This document shows positions 1 through 8,644 of a stretch of DNA of 36,138 nucleotides, in pieces. The stretch comes from a virus. The stretch lies in UHGV virus genome UHGV-0014975; one strand, written 5' to 3'. Position numbers and translations under genes: made by a program. Under the pieces are notes generated by a model. It worked only from the letters and a program-made list of their open reading frames with translations. It was not told the origin of the DNA and made no database searches. Position 1 is the stretch's first letter; each line of letters begins with the position of its first letter.

Positions 1-51
1 GAAGCCTTCATGGCCGTTCTGAAAATGGACGAGGACGAACCGAAGAAATAG
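1..51 (+). CDS. 3' end of host gene (partial CDS, ...EAFMAVLKMDEDEPKK*), product unknown
   Basis: Open frame from the window edge to TAG at 49..51; lies outside the prophage direct repeat and is followed directly by a strong hairpin terminator. Confidence 0.3.
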   Translation, partial: EAFMAVLKMDEDEPKK

Positions 52-55
52 CAAG

Positions 56-89
56 GGGTCTAGCCAATGGGCTAGACCTTTTCTTTTTC
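56..89 (+). terminator. Rho-independent terminator of the host gene
   Basis: Perfect 9-bp stem GGTCTAGCC/GGCTAGACC (57..65 / 70..78) with a 4-nt loop, followed by TTTTCTTTTT. Confidence 0.75.
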
Positions 90-92
90 ATT

Positions 93-111
93 TTCCCACA
101 TTCTTCCCACA
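93..111. repeat. attL core (direct repeat TTCCCACATTCTTCCCACA)
   Basis: Exact 19-bp copy of the sequence at 35969..35987. It overlaps an inverted repeat TTCCCACAT(104..112)/ATGTGGGAA(121..129) next to the int 3' end. Confidence 0.75.
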
Positions 112-138
112 TTTTTTTCGATGTGGGAAGGGGGAGAA

Positions 139-1284
139 TTAAAATTGATTTTGTTTTAACATCTGTTCGAAAATATCTACAGTTTCTTTTTTCATCTTTT
201 GAGTGACATGAGCATACGTATCCATTGTTGTTGCTAGACGTGAATGTCCTAGTCTCCTCTGAATTTCCTTGGGTTTTGCACCATTTTCCAGCAGCATAGT
301 TGCATGGGTGTGCCGAAAAGAATGAAAATTGAAGTCTACACCTGTTTGTTTACGGATTTTTCCTGTATACCATTTTATTGAGTTTGGAGTCATAGGTTTT
401 CCGTTCTCCTTAACACAGACGAAATCTGAATCTATATAATGACTACCATAGAAAAGTTTGTTTTCTTTTTGGCGATTGCGCATCTTTCTTAATATTCCAG
501 TTAGGGTAGAGCCCATTAAGATTGTTCGATAAGATGATTTTGTTTTTGGGGTTCCAATAACATAGTCCTTACCATCATTTATCATAATTCTTTCGACTCG
601 CAACGTTTCATTTTCAAAGTCAATATCTTTCCATTGGAGTCCACATACTTCTGCACGTCTAAGTCCAGTTTGAAAACTAATCATCATAGGGAGATAATAG
701 GGATCGCTAGGCCCAACAACTTCAGTTAACTTTTTGAAATCGGACATTGAAATAATTTTTAAATCTCCTCGATCACGCCATTCTTTTTCGTCGTATCTAG
801 GGATTTTCGCAAAACTTGTCGGGTCATTTTTAATGAATTGATAAGGGTATACAGCCATTTCGAACCCTTTATTTAAGACTCCTTTTGTTATTCCGAGAGT
901 TTGTCTAGCAAATCCTTTTTTAAATTCCTCATTTAATAAATCTTGAATGGTACCTGGGCGAACATTTTTCAGTTTATATAAACCTATATAGGGAAAGATA
1001 TGATTATCCAAAATGCCTCTATAGTTTTTTTGAGTGTTTAACTTTAGATTTACAAGTACATAATTTTGATACCAATACTCGAAATAGTCTTTTACGGAAA
1101 TATCTGTTTCATCCATAAGCTGCCCGGTTGTTTCATATTCGTAAATTGCTTTTCGCATAGCCTCTAGTGCTTCAGGCTTTGTTCTACCTCCGTAACGTTC
1201 AATTTGGTTTCGTTCACCATCTATGTAGGCAAGATCTAAACGGTAATACCAACTGTTTCCTCTTTTTCTTACAGTTCCATTCAT
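139..1284 (-). CDS. int: Phage tyrosine integrase (site-specific recombinase)
   Basis: 381 aa with the N-terminal 'RKRGNSWYYR' SAM-like domain and the C-terminal catalytic region ...HSFRHTHATML...LGHSRLATTMDTYAHV (conserved R..HxxR..Y nucleophile context). Confidence 0.9.
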   Translation of the reverse strand: MNGTVRKRGNSWYYRLDLAYIDGERNQIERYGGRTKPEALEAMRKAIYEYETTGQLMDETDISVKDYFEYWYQNYVLVNLKLNTQKNYRGILDNHIFPYIGLYKLKNVRPGTIQDLLNEEFKKGFARQTLGITKGVLNKGFEMAVYPYQFIKNDPTSFAKIPRYDEKEWRDRGDLKIISMSDFKKLTEVVGPSDPYYLPMMISFQTGLRRAEVCGLQWKDIDFENETLRVERIMINDGKDYVIGTPKTKSSYRTILMGSTLTGILRKMRNRQKENKLFYGSHYIDSDFVCVKENGKPMTPNSIKWYTGKIRKQTGVDFNFHSFRHTHATMLLENGAKPKEIQRRLGHSRLATTMDTYAHVTQKMKKETVDIFEQMLKQNQF

Positions 1285-1547
1285 ATAAAATCATCCTTTC
1301 GTACAAAAGCAAAATAAATCCGACAATACGGATTATTTAAAGGGGGGACACATAAAAAAACTCGAATTTCTCGGAAAATCAGATAACAAATACAAACGTA
1401 TGTTCTTTTTGTTTTAAAAAGAAAAGCCCGAAGGCTAATCTAATTAAAATTAAATTTGATGTTGTATTGCGAAGGTTATTCAATTATACTTAATTTGAGT
1501 TAAGGGGCACCATTACTATGGGACAAACCCTTTACTATCCGCACCTT

Positions 1548-3185
1548 TCACCCATTCAAATGGGCTTGAGAGGTTTTTTTGTGTTGAATAATCTCATGAT
1601 CACCATTAATAAGAAGGTCATAACCATAAAAAAGTTTTCGGTAATCTGATCTAATATTCGTTCCATGTTTAACGCTATATGCAAATTCGGGAAAAGCTGT
1701 CTCTTGTAAATATTTTTTTAATTCTTCCAGAGATAGTCTCTTTAAATTAAAAGTAAGTATGTTCACTAATCTTGTTTTATTATAATTTTGATCAAGAATT
1801 TCCTGCAATGATGCATGCTCTTTTTTACAATATTCAGGAATGTTTGAAATAAGATCTTCTAATCTCATTGTATTTTCAATTTTGTTATTCAATTTTGATA
1901 TGGTAATTTCCTCTAGGTTTAGTGAGTATACATCATTTTCTTTTAAGTATTTTCTAAACGGGGTTTTTGTGAGCCGACTTCCATCTTTAGACGCAAAAGT
2001 TAACGCAACAGAGGGTAAAAAATCATTTGTCTCGAACAAGTAATCTTGAATGTAAGATACAATATCAGGAAATACAAAGATGTTTTTCTTGTTACCTAAA
2101 GCGACAACGATATTTTTCCCATCTTTAATTTGTTCTTCTAGGTTTTCCATTTGATTCGGAGAGATTAATACGGCGTCTAATCTTCCCTGAGATCCTGCAC
2201 TTAATACAATATTTTTGATTGCTTTTTGGTATCTTAGTACTTCATGAGGAGACAATCCTTCATTTATAGTTGATATTTTATTATAAAAATCTTTATAGTT
2301 GTTCGTTTTTACAAGAAGATATCCTATATCAAGCTCTTGATCTCTCATCATTTCTTCACTCAAATTAGACTCATTAGGCTCATAGGAAACAATTACAATC
2401 CTATTCGTAGTCTTTCTGACATCCTCACTGGGTAATTGCGAAGCAAAATCAGAGAGTAGTTTTCTTACATTTCTATCACTTAAAGAGTAACCTAAAAAAA
2501 CTATAGGCGAGTCAATCATGTTTACAAGTATTTTTGCACTTATTAAAATTGAGTTACTATCATATTTTATATAATCTTCATCAGTAATTATTATCGACTT
2601 AGGATCTGTAACGTCTCCATGGATTTTGAACAATTCTCCCCAATCATTTGTAGGGTCAAAGAAACCTTTCTGACCAACAAATATAGATGGTTTTGCAGAT
2701 ATTTCCTCTAATAAGTTCTCAATAAATGGGTCGTAGTTTGTAGTCACAATTACTTTTGCTTTACTGATAAATTTTTTATATGAAATTAGTTCTTCATGGA
2801 ATTCTTCCTTAATTTCATAAGTTTTAAATCTATTTGCAATGTCAAATTTGAAAGGAGAAATAGAGTTTTTATATGCAGTTTTGATATCTAATCCGTCTAC
2901 CAAAATTTTTTCTTCAAAAAATAAATTATCAAATTTTTCTTGAATATAACCAGCTGTTTTTGTATTTGTATAAAAATCTTTTTCCGCTTCAGATTTATCA
3001 CGAATTTCATCACTATTTTTAATGGATCTCATAAATGTATAAAAATTTTTAGAGTCATTAATTCTATCCCAATACTCATTTAATAAATCATTCCAATTAG
3101 GAAAATCTTTTAGGTAGCGCTTTGATAATCCGGAGCCAATGAAAACAATAGGATACCGATTAGACTGTATAATATCTTTTAACAC
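1548..3185 (-). CDS. SIR2_2-family (sirtuin-like, DSR/ThsA-like) domain protein, 545 aa; candidate NAD+-depleting anti-phage effector
   Basis: The N-terminal ~280 aa carry SIR2_2 hallmarks: IVFIGSGLSKRYL...NWNDLL (Rossmann GxG start), KIHGDVTDPKSIIITDEDY and VFLGYSLSD. The C-terminal ~260 aa match no domain I recognise. It sits in the int-repressor 'defence/moron' slot and no TIR or HerA partner is present in the window. Confidence 0.6.
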   Translation of the reverse strand: MLKDIIQSNRYPIVFIGSGLSKRYLKDFPNWNDLLNEYWDRINDSKNFYTFMRSIKNSDEIRDKSEAEKDFYTNTKTAGYIQEKFDNLFFEEKILVDGLDIKTAYKNSISPFKFDIANRFKTYEIKEEFHEELISYKKFISKAKVIVTTNYDPFIENLLEEISAKPSIFVGQKGFFDPTNDWGELFKIHGDVTDPKSIIITDEDYIKYDSNSILISAKILVNMIDSPIVFLGYSLSDRNVRKLLSDFASQLPSEDVRKTTNRIVIVSYEPNESNLSEEMMRDQELDIGYLLVKTNNYKDFYNKISTINEGLSPHEVLRYQKAIKNIVLSAGSQGRLDAVLISPNQMENLEEQIKDGKNIVVALGNKKNIFVFPDIVSYIQDYLFETNDFLPSVALTFASKDGSRLTKTPFRKYLKENDVYSLNLEEITISKLNNKIENTMRLEDLISNIPEYCKKEHASLQEILDQNYNKTRLVNILTFNLKRLSLEELKKYLQETAFPEFAYSVKHGTNIRSDYRKLFYGYDLLINGDHEIIQHKKTSQAHLNG

Positions 3186-3338
3186 GTCATCATCTCATTT
3201 CGTTATTAATCTTAAATCAATAGTTGAGTGATCAAAAGAATTTTCCGAATCTAGAAAAGCAAGATAAGCAATTTAGAGACCGAAGAATAAAGAATGAAAA
3301 AAAGAAAGGTTGAAGAAAAAAGCTCAAGCACAGTTCTA

Positions 3339-4127
3339 TTAATTCCATTTATATTCTGTAACTGATAATACTTTTGATCTTCCTAAAGCATTTTTGCCAT
3401 TGTAGAAATAAATATGAGAACGTTCGTCTTGAAGACTATAGCTCATTACAGCACCTTGAATAGAGCTTGCAAGATTATCTTTCTCATCTGAGGAAAGGCT
3501 TCTAAAATCTTCTGTCACTTGAACTTCAATATCGGTGCCTGTCCATTCAATAGAATTGACTAGAAGCCAGTTTTGATATTCAGGATTTGGTTCCCCATTT
3601 TCAATGGAATTTCCATTCTCATCTATAGTACCAAGGGCCCAACCTTGATTAAGTTTCAAATGTTCGTCAATTTCATTATTAATTTCTGTTAACTCAGAAT
3701 CGACCGAACTAGATTGCTGGCTATCTTCTTTGCTATTACTTGATTGTTCCGGAAAGGGGGTAATAGTAATAGACTTACTTGCTTTTTGTCCATCTTTTGA
3801 AACATTGATTTTAAGTTCTTTTTCTTCATCAACTTTTTTGTAAATTAATTCAAACTCACCGTTTGAATCAGACTTAGTAGAATCTCCAACAATTCCTTTG
3901 CCGATTTTTACTTTAGCATCTGGAATAGTTGTACCAGTAATTTTTACTTTGCCATTTTCATCAGCTTGAAATTGATCTGGAATATCTAATGTTATTTCCT
4001 CATCGCTACTGATCACTGTACTTTCAACAACTTCGCTATTTGACACAGAATCTTTACCAGATTCAGAACACGATGCCAAGACTATTGTCGAAAATAAAAT
4101 TATCACAGCATATGCTAACTTTTTCAT
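3339..4127 (-). CDS. Prophage lipoprotein (signal peptide plus lipobox LASC); candidate superinfection-exclusion protein
   Basis: N-terminal MKKLAYAVIILFSTIVLASCSE, a typical SPase II lipobox, followed by a Ser/Asp-rich linker and an Ig-like beta region. It lies between int and the repressor, where Ltp-type Sie lipoproteins sit in other Firmicute phages. Confidence 0.6.
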   Translation of the reverse strand: MKKLAYAVIILFSTIVLASCSESGKDSVSNSEVVESTVISSDEEITLDIPDQFQADENGKVKITGTTIPDAKVKIGKGIVGDSTKSDSNGEFELIYKKVDEEKELKINVSKDGQKASKSITITPFPEQSSNSKEDSQQSSSVDSELTEINNEIDEHLKLNQGWALGTIDENGNSIENGEPNPEYQNWLLVNSIEWTGTDIEVQVTEDFRSLSSDEKDNLASSIQGAVMSYSLQDERSHIYFYNGKNALGRSKVLSVTEYKWN

Positions 4128-4138
4128 ATGTACATCTC

Positions 4139-4612
4139 CTACAAATTATTAAACGTTTTCAAAACACCAACCGTTCCATCCAGATGAAACATGATAGTAT
4201 AGTTGTTTTCCGTTTTGATTCCGTTCCACTTTCTCGAATACCATTTTATTGCATCTGTGAATGTTGCTTCGGGAATTTGTAAATACTCCGCACATTCCCA
4301 AACCGAAACAAATCCTGCTTCAAAACAGTTGATAATATCGGTAGGGGAGACCAGCATCACAGCTCCAATATCACGAGCTTTTCGTTCTTGTTTTCTACTT
4401 TCCGGCTTGCTTAGATCCGATATATCTCCTGCAGATGTGAGATAGTGAGCAATTTCTTCTGCAATCGTAGCTGTGAGTTCAGCTGTTGATTGTCCAGGTC
4501 TTAAATAAATTGTATCCCCAATAATTAATCCGTCCTGCTGTACAGGCATACTTGGTTCGAACTTGTACTTCAGCTCGGGATACAGAGCCATAAGTTGTTC
4601 AGCTTCGTTCAT
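4139..4612 (-). CDS. ImmA/IrrE-like (DUF955-like) protein, partner of the cI-like repressor
   Basis: 157 aa located directly downstream of, and co-oriented with, the XRE repressor. The segment TIAEEIAHYL aligns to the ImmA metal-binding motif TIAHELGHYL, but the first His is replaced by Glu (EExxH instead of HExxH). Confidence 0.45.
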   Translation of the reverse strand: MNEAEQLMALYPELKYKFEPSMPVQQDGLIIGDTIYLRPGQSTAELTATIAEEIAHYLTSAGDISDLSKPESRKQERKARDIGAVMLVSPTDIINCFEAGFVSVWECAEYLQIPEATFTDAIKWYSRKWNGIKTENNYTIMFHLDGTVGVLKTFNNL

Positions 4613-4624
4613 TCAAAATTTTCC

Positions 4625-4960
4625 CTACTCTCCGCCATGGTCTCTCATTTTTATAAATTTGATGAAGTCTTGAACTTCTTTTTTCTGTTTTTCAGTCAAG
4701 TCATCATCTACGTGAGTTGCAACAAGGAGGTTCGGGTCTGCTTTAGATTCGGTACCATTTAATAAATAATCGGTAGAAACACCAAAAAGTTTGGCAAGGC
4801 TAACTAATGCCTCTGAATTAGGTTCGGCTCTGCCGACTTCCCAACTCCCAATAGTTTGCTGAGAAACATTCAACTTTTTAGCAAGTTCAGCTTGAGTCCA
4901 TTTTTTTGAAGATCTTAAAGCTTTTATTCTATTTTTCAGCATGGGTAACTCCTCCTTCAC
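4625..4960 (-). CDS. cI-like XRE-family HTH transcriptional repressor
   Basis: Helix-turn-helix TQAELAKKLNVSQQTIGSWEVGRAEP plus a C-terminal extension; divergently oriented to cro with an operator-rich intergenic region. Confidence 0.85.
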   Translation of the reverse strand: MKEELPMLKNRIKALRSSKKWTQAELAKKLNVSQQTIGSWEVGRAEPNSEALVSLAKLFGVSTDYLLNGTESKADPNLLVATHVDDDLTEKQKKEVQDFIKFIKMRDHGGE

Positions 4961-5086
4961 TGAAATTATATACTACATAATGTAGTAGAAAAAGAAAAAA
5001 ATGAGTATTACAATAAAATGTAGTAAAAAAGATTGACCTACTACAAAAAGTAGTATATGATTACTACATAAGGTAGTTAAAGAGAG
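4961..5086. promoter_or_regulatory. Genetic-switch region with three related operators and divergent promoters
   Basis: Perfect palindrome TACTACATAATGTAGTA (~4968..4984), TACTACaaaaaGTAGTA (~5039..5055) and TACTACATaagGTAGT (~5062..5077). TTGACC (-35-like) and TATATGAT (-10-like) lie between them. Confidence 0.65.
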
Positions 5087-5329
5087 GTGGTAACAATGGA
5101 AAACGAGTTAAAAAATGTTAGAACTGTTAAAGGAATTTCTCAAGAAAAACTAGCACAAAAGCTTTGTGTATCTCAAAAAACTGTTAGTTCTTGGGAGGTA
5201 GGCCGTACTACACCGAAACCAAGTCAAATGCAACAAATCGAGGATTTCTTTAAGGTTCCTAAAGAGAAAATTTTTTTTACAGCTTTTAACTACAAAAATG
5301 AGTTAAAAAGAAAGGAGGTCTCAAAATGA
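5087..5329 (+). CDS. Cro-like XRE-family HTH regulator
   Basis: 80 aa with HTH ISQEKLAQKLCVSQKTVSSWEVGRTTP; first gene of the rightward early operon. Confidence 0.8.
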   Translation: MVTMENELKNVRTVKGISQEKLAQKLCVSQKTVSSWEVGRTTPKPSQMQQIEDFFKVPKEKIFFTAFNYKNELKRKEVSK

Positions 5330-5577
5330 AAGACAAACCACAGACAATTAAAACTACTGTCTGGTCAGAGTTCAGCAATCTATACATTAACCAGTTAATT
5401 GCTGCAATTAAGAGAAAATTTAAAATCGACCTAGGAATCGAACCTGACTTCCTTAGCGAGAGTGGGCAATCTGAGCTGATTATTCGATTCCTAGCGAATG
5501 ATGAAGATGCAAGTCTAGTTTACGAGTATATCATCAGTAAATGGCAATTTGTGAGCGAACCTGAACTTGTATCTTAA
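5326..5577 (+). CDS. Hypothetical early protein (83 aa)
   Basis: ATGA start/stop overlap with cro; no recognisable motif. Confidence 0.45.
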   Translation: MKDKPQTIKTTVWSEFSNLYINQLIAAIKRKFKIDLGIEPDFLSESGQSELIIRFLANDEDASLVYEYIISKWQFVSEPELVS

Positions 5578-5632
5578 AAGTATTATAGGTCATTATTGTC
5601 CGTTTAAGGGCTAAATAATAACGAATGAAAGG

Positions 5633-6190
5633 ATGTTAATTATGCCAAAAACAGCAAAAATAGGCGAATCACTGAAATTGTCGCTTTTTCTTTCAGGGAA
5701 ACGTCAAAAAGAATTAGCAATTGATGCTAAAACTCCTAACGCAACGATTAGTGATCACTTAAATGGTGCGAATGTAAACATCGACAAAGCAATTGAGTAT
5801 TTGGAGGCGATGCGAGACAACGAATACGAAGCAACAAACGAACTTACCAGCGAGATGAGTAATAGTTATCTTGGATTTTTCAAATCCATGGACGGTCAAC
5901 TGGCAAATGTTAAATCAACCAACGATCTAGAGATCTTCCAAGAGATTGAATCAAACGAGAGAAAAGAAAGAAAAAAAGTTGCTCAGCGCTTAGCGGCAGA
6001 ATCGCAAGTTAGGAATCTTTCAGATGTGGAACGTACTGAATTACGAAGCTACGTTGATGAGTTCTTAGATGAAATAGTCGTGGAGATGGCAATTGTATTT
6101 TCGATACTAAAGATTTTACATTTAAACATCCAAGATGTTATTCAAGCTAGAATGCCTCATTGGATAAAGAAAAGATACATGAAAGGGTGA
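5633..6190 (+). CDS. Hypothetical early protein (185 aa), possible DNA-binding/antirepressor-position protein
   Basis: Weak HTH-like N-terminus (KRQKELAIDAKTPNATISDHLNG) and a charged coiled-coil C-terminal half; RBS AAAGGATG upstream. Confidence 0.45.
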   Translation: MLIMPKTAKIGESLKLSLFLSGKRQKELAIDAKTPNATISDHLNGANVNIDKAIEYLEAMRDNEYEATNELTSEMSNSYLGFFKSMDGQLANVKSTNDLEIFQEIESNERKERKKVAQRLAAESQVRNLSDVERTELRSYVDEFLDEIVVEMAIVFSILKILHLNIQDVIQARMPHWIKKRYMKG

Positions 6191-6195
6191 CTATA

Positions 6196-6477
6196 ATGGC
6201 CGAACAAGATTCTAAGGTGATTATGACTTTTGAACCATTGGCAGTAAAAGTACAATCGGCTGCGAAAATGATGGATACAAGTGAAAACGTGGTAAGAAAC
6301 TTGGTTAAGGCAGGATATCTGAAGGCCATGAAATTTCCCTCAATCACTATTCCTGTTGCTGAGATAAAAAGATTCATTGACTATGCATTAGAAAATAACC
6401 TTGATTTTACTAAGTTTGGAGATCCTTATTATATGAAATCAAAGGACAATAAAGTAGTTAAGTTGAAGGAGGCATAA
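6196..6477 (+). CDS. Small DNA-binding protein, HTH_17/excisionase-like (possible Xis)
   Basis: MAEQDSKVIMTFEPLAVKVQSAAKMMDTSENVVRNLVKAGYLKAMKF resembles winged-helix excisionase/MerR-type binding regions. An alternative upstream start at 6160 overlaps the previous gene. Confidence 0.35.
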   Translation: MAEQDSKVIMTFEPLAVKVQSAAKMMDTSENVVRNLVKAGYLKAMKFPSITIPVAEIKRFIDYALENNLDFTKFGDPYYMKSKDNKVVKLKEA

Positions 6478-6480
6478 ATC

Positions 6481-6672
6481 ATGAAACGATCAATTAAAGA
6501 TACATTCATTGTCACAGCATTTTTACTATGTTTAGTAATCTGTACAGCAATTCATGTAGTAGCAGGATTAGTTTTAGTATTTCTATGGTCTTTCGCAAAT
6601 ATTGTCTATGACATGGCCGCAAAAGATTATCAAGACAAAGAAAAAAGACTTGCTAGCCGTCCAAAGCAATAG
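6481..6672 (+). CDS. Small membrane protein (63 aa, 2 TM)
   Basis: Hydrophobic FIVTAFLLCLVICTAIHVVAGLVLVFLWSF with a charged tail; starts 4 nt after the preceding stop. Confidence 0.45.
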   Translation: MKRSIKDTFIVTAFLLCLVICTAIHVVAGLVLVFLWSFANIVYDMAAKDYQDKEKRLASRPKQ

Positions 6673-6820
6673 CAAGTCCATCAAGTATTTAGATAAATAT
6701 CTTTGTCTCCATTTTAAAACAGAAAAGGGGAAATGACAATGAATTCTTTCGAGAACGCATTAGATCAGTATCTAACAACACCGGGTTGGGGACAGCCGAC
6801 TCAAAGAGAGGAGCCAGAAA

Positions 6821-7765
6821 ATGAGAAGTAAATCAACTCTTGAAATGACTCATGACGAGTGGTTGTTGGACCGCCGAAAAGGTATAGGCGGTTCAGATGT
6901 TGCTACTATCTTAGGACTAAATAAATGGAAATCTCCATATCAGTTATGGCTAGAAAAAACTGGTCAAATCGATTTAGAACACACTGAGAGCGAGCCAGCT
7001 TATTGGGGAAATGTCCTAGAAGGAATTGTAGCAAAAGAATTTCAAGAACGTACTGGTAAAAAGGTTCGTCGAAGGAATCAAGTGTTTGAACATCCACTAC
7101 ATCCTTTTCTACGAGCGAACATTGATCGGGACGTAGTTGGAGAAAACGCCATTTTGGAATGCAAAACAGCTAATGCATTTCTTGGTAAAGAGTGGGAAGG
7201 CGAAGAAGTTCCTTTAAGTTATTTGTGCCAAGTACAGCACTACATGAACGTTTTAAATAAAAAATATTGCTATATCGCTGTTCTAATCGGAGGACAGAAA
7301 TTCATCTGGAAGCGAGTTGATCGTGATCAAGAGCTAATTGACATGATTACTGAACGACTTGTTGAGTTTTGGGAAACAAATGTCCTGGATGGACAAGAGC
7401 CAGTTATAGATGGCAGCGAAGCCACATCAGAGTTTTTAAAAGAAAAATATTCGAACACTAAGGAAGACGAAACAACGTTACCTACTTCTTTTGATGACTT
7501 AATTGATCAAAAGCGTGAGCTGAAGAAAGCAAAGAAAGAGATCGAAACGGCTATCCGTCAGATTGATAACGAGATTATCAATGAGCTTGGAAAACGCAAA
7601 GCATGCATTGGTATTGCACCAAGGAACATCATTTCATGGAAATTGGTTTCTACGAAACGTATGAACAGCAAAAAGCTTGCTGAAAAATATCCAGAAGTAG
7701 CTAAAGACGAGGAAATCTACAACGTTACTGAATCACGAAGACTCACAGAAAAGGAGATTAAATAA
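6821..7765 (+). CDS. YqaJ-like viral recombinase-associated exonuclease (lambda Exo/PD-(D/E)XK family)
   Basis: N-terminal HDEWLLDRRKGIGGSDVATILGLNKWKSPYQLWLEKTGQ signature of YqaJ domain proteins; paired with the downstream RecT. Confidence 0.85.
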   Translation: MRSKSTLEMTHDEWLLDRRKGIGGSDVATILGLNKWKSPYQLWLEKTGQIDLEHTESEPAYWGNVLEGIVAKEFQERTGKKVRRRNQVFEHPLHPFLRANIDRDVVGENAILECKTANAFLGKEWEGEEVPLSYLCQVQHYMNVLNKKYCYIAVLIGGQKFIWKRVDRDQELIDMITERLVEFWETNVLDGQEPVIDGSEATSEFLKEKYSNTKEDETTLPTSFDDLIDQKRELKKAKKEIETAIRQIDNEIINELGKRKACIGIAPRNIISWKLVSTKRMNSKKLAEKYPEVAKDEEIYNVTESRRLTEKEIK

Positions 7766-7766
7766 T

Positions 7767-8606
7767 ATGGCCACAAATGATGCATTAAAGAGTCAGCTCG
7801 CTGAGAAACCACAAAAACAAGTTGCTGCTGGTCAGTTAGGGCTTAAAGCATTGATGAATACACCAACAATGAGGAAAAAGTTTGAGGATGTACTCAAAGA
7901 TAAATCAGATGGATTTATGGCCAGTGTCCTGAATCTAGTTAGTAATGATTCGTATTTGAGTAGCACAGAGCCTATGACTATCGTAACAAGCGCCATGGTT
8001 GCGGCTTCGCTTGATTTACCAGTTGATAAAAATCTTGGTTACGCATGGATAGTACCTTACAAAGGGAAGGCACAATTTCAACTTGGTTATAAGGGGTATA
8101 TTCAATTAGCTCAGCGATCGGGTCAATACAAAGCACTGAACGTGATTGAAGTGTATGAAGGCGAATTAAAAGGTTGGAATCGATTAACCGAAGAATTTGA
8201 ATTTGATCAAAACGGAAAGCAATCGGATGAAGTGATCGGGTATGTGGGATATTTTGAGTTATTAAACGGTTTTAAGAAAACAGTGTATTGGACCAAACAA
8301 GAAATCGAAGCCCACAAACGGAAATTCAGTAAATCAGATTTTGGCTGGAAAAAAGATTATGACGCTATGGCTAAAAAAACTGTTCTAAGGAATATGTTGA
8401 GTAAATGGGGAATCTTGTCTATCGATATGCAGAGAGCTTCGATCAGCGATGAAACTGTGGTGAATGAAGTCCAAGAAGACGGTTTTATCATATCTGAAAA
8501 CGATGAGACTAATCAGCGAAAAGAGGCTGAACCAATTAATGACACAGAAACTAACGAAAACATTGAAAGTCTGTTTGATTCATCAAATCCACCGTTAAAC
8601 AAATAA
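7767..8606 (+). CDS. recT: RecT-family single-strand annealing protein
   Basis: 279 aa, motifs ...NLGYAWIVPYKGKAQFQLGYKGYIQLAQRSGQYK...; immediately follows the YqaJ exonuclease. Confidence 0.85.
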   Translation: MATNDALKSQLAEKPQKQVAAGQLGLKALMNTPTMRKKFEDVLKDKSDGFMASVLNLVSNDSYLSSTEPMTIVTSAMVAASLDLPVDKNLGYAWIVPYKGKAQFQLGYKGYIQLAQRSGQYKALNVIEVYEGELKGWNRLTEEFEFDQNGKQSDEVIGYVGYFELLNGFKKTVYWTKQEIEAHKRKFSKSDFGWKKDYDAMAKKTVLRNMLSKWGILSIDMQRASISDETVVNEVQEDGFIISENDETNQRKEAEPINDTETNENIESLFDSSNPPLNK

Positions 8607-8644
8607 TGAGGGAGTTTATCTCCCTCTGATTAGGAGGAATAAAC

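Noticed and set aside
1300-1345. Hairpin AATCCG-acaata-CGGATT between the SIR2-like gene and int
   Set aside because: Short stem without a convincing T-tract in the transcribed (minus) direction, so not called as a terminator
1840-2043. 67-aa plus-strand ORF inside the SIR2-like gene
   Set aside because: Antisense to a well-supported 545-aa CDS; no RBS; low-complexity hydrophobic translation typical of AT-rich antisense frames
4040-4445. Two 80-aa plus-strand ORFs (4040..4282, 4203..4445) antisense to the lipoprotein/ImmA genes
   Set aside because: Embedded in the opposite strand of convincing CDSs; no signals of their own
6147-6377. 76-aa minus-strand ORF
   Set aside because: Antisense within a uniformly plus-strand early operon, overlapping two plus-strand genes
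6733-6831. Tiny ~31-aa plus-strand ORF (MNSFENALDQYLTTPGWGQPTQREEPENEK) upstream of and overlapping the YqaJ start
   Set aside because: Too short to support without conservation data; could be real but is not evidenced
6906-7097. 63-aa minus-strand ORF inside the YqaJ exonuclease gene
   Set aside because: Antisense to a strongly supported CDS
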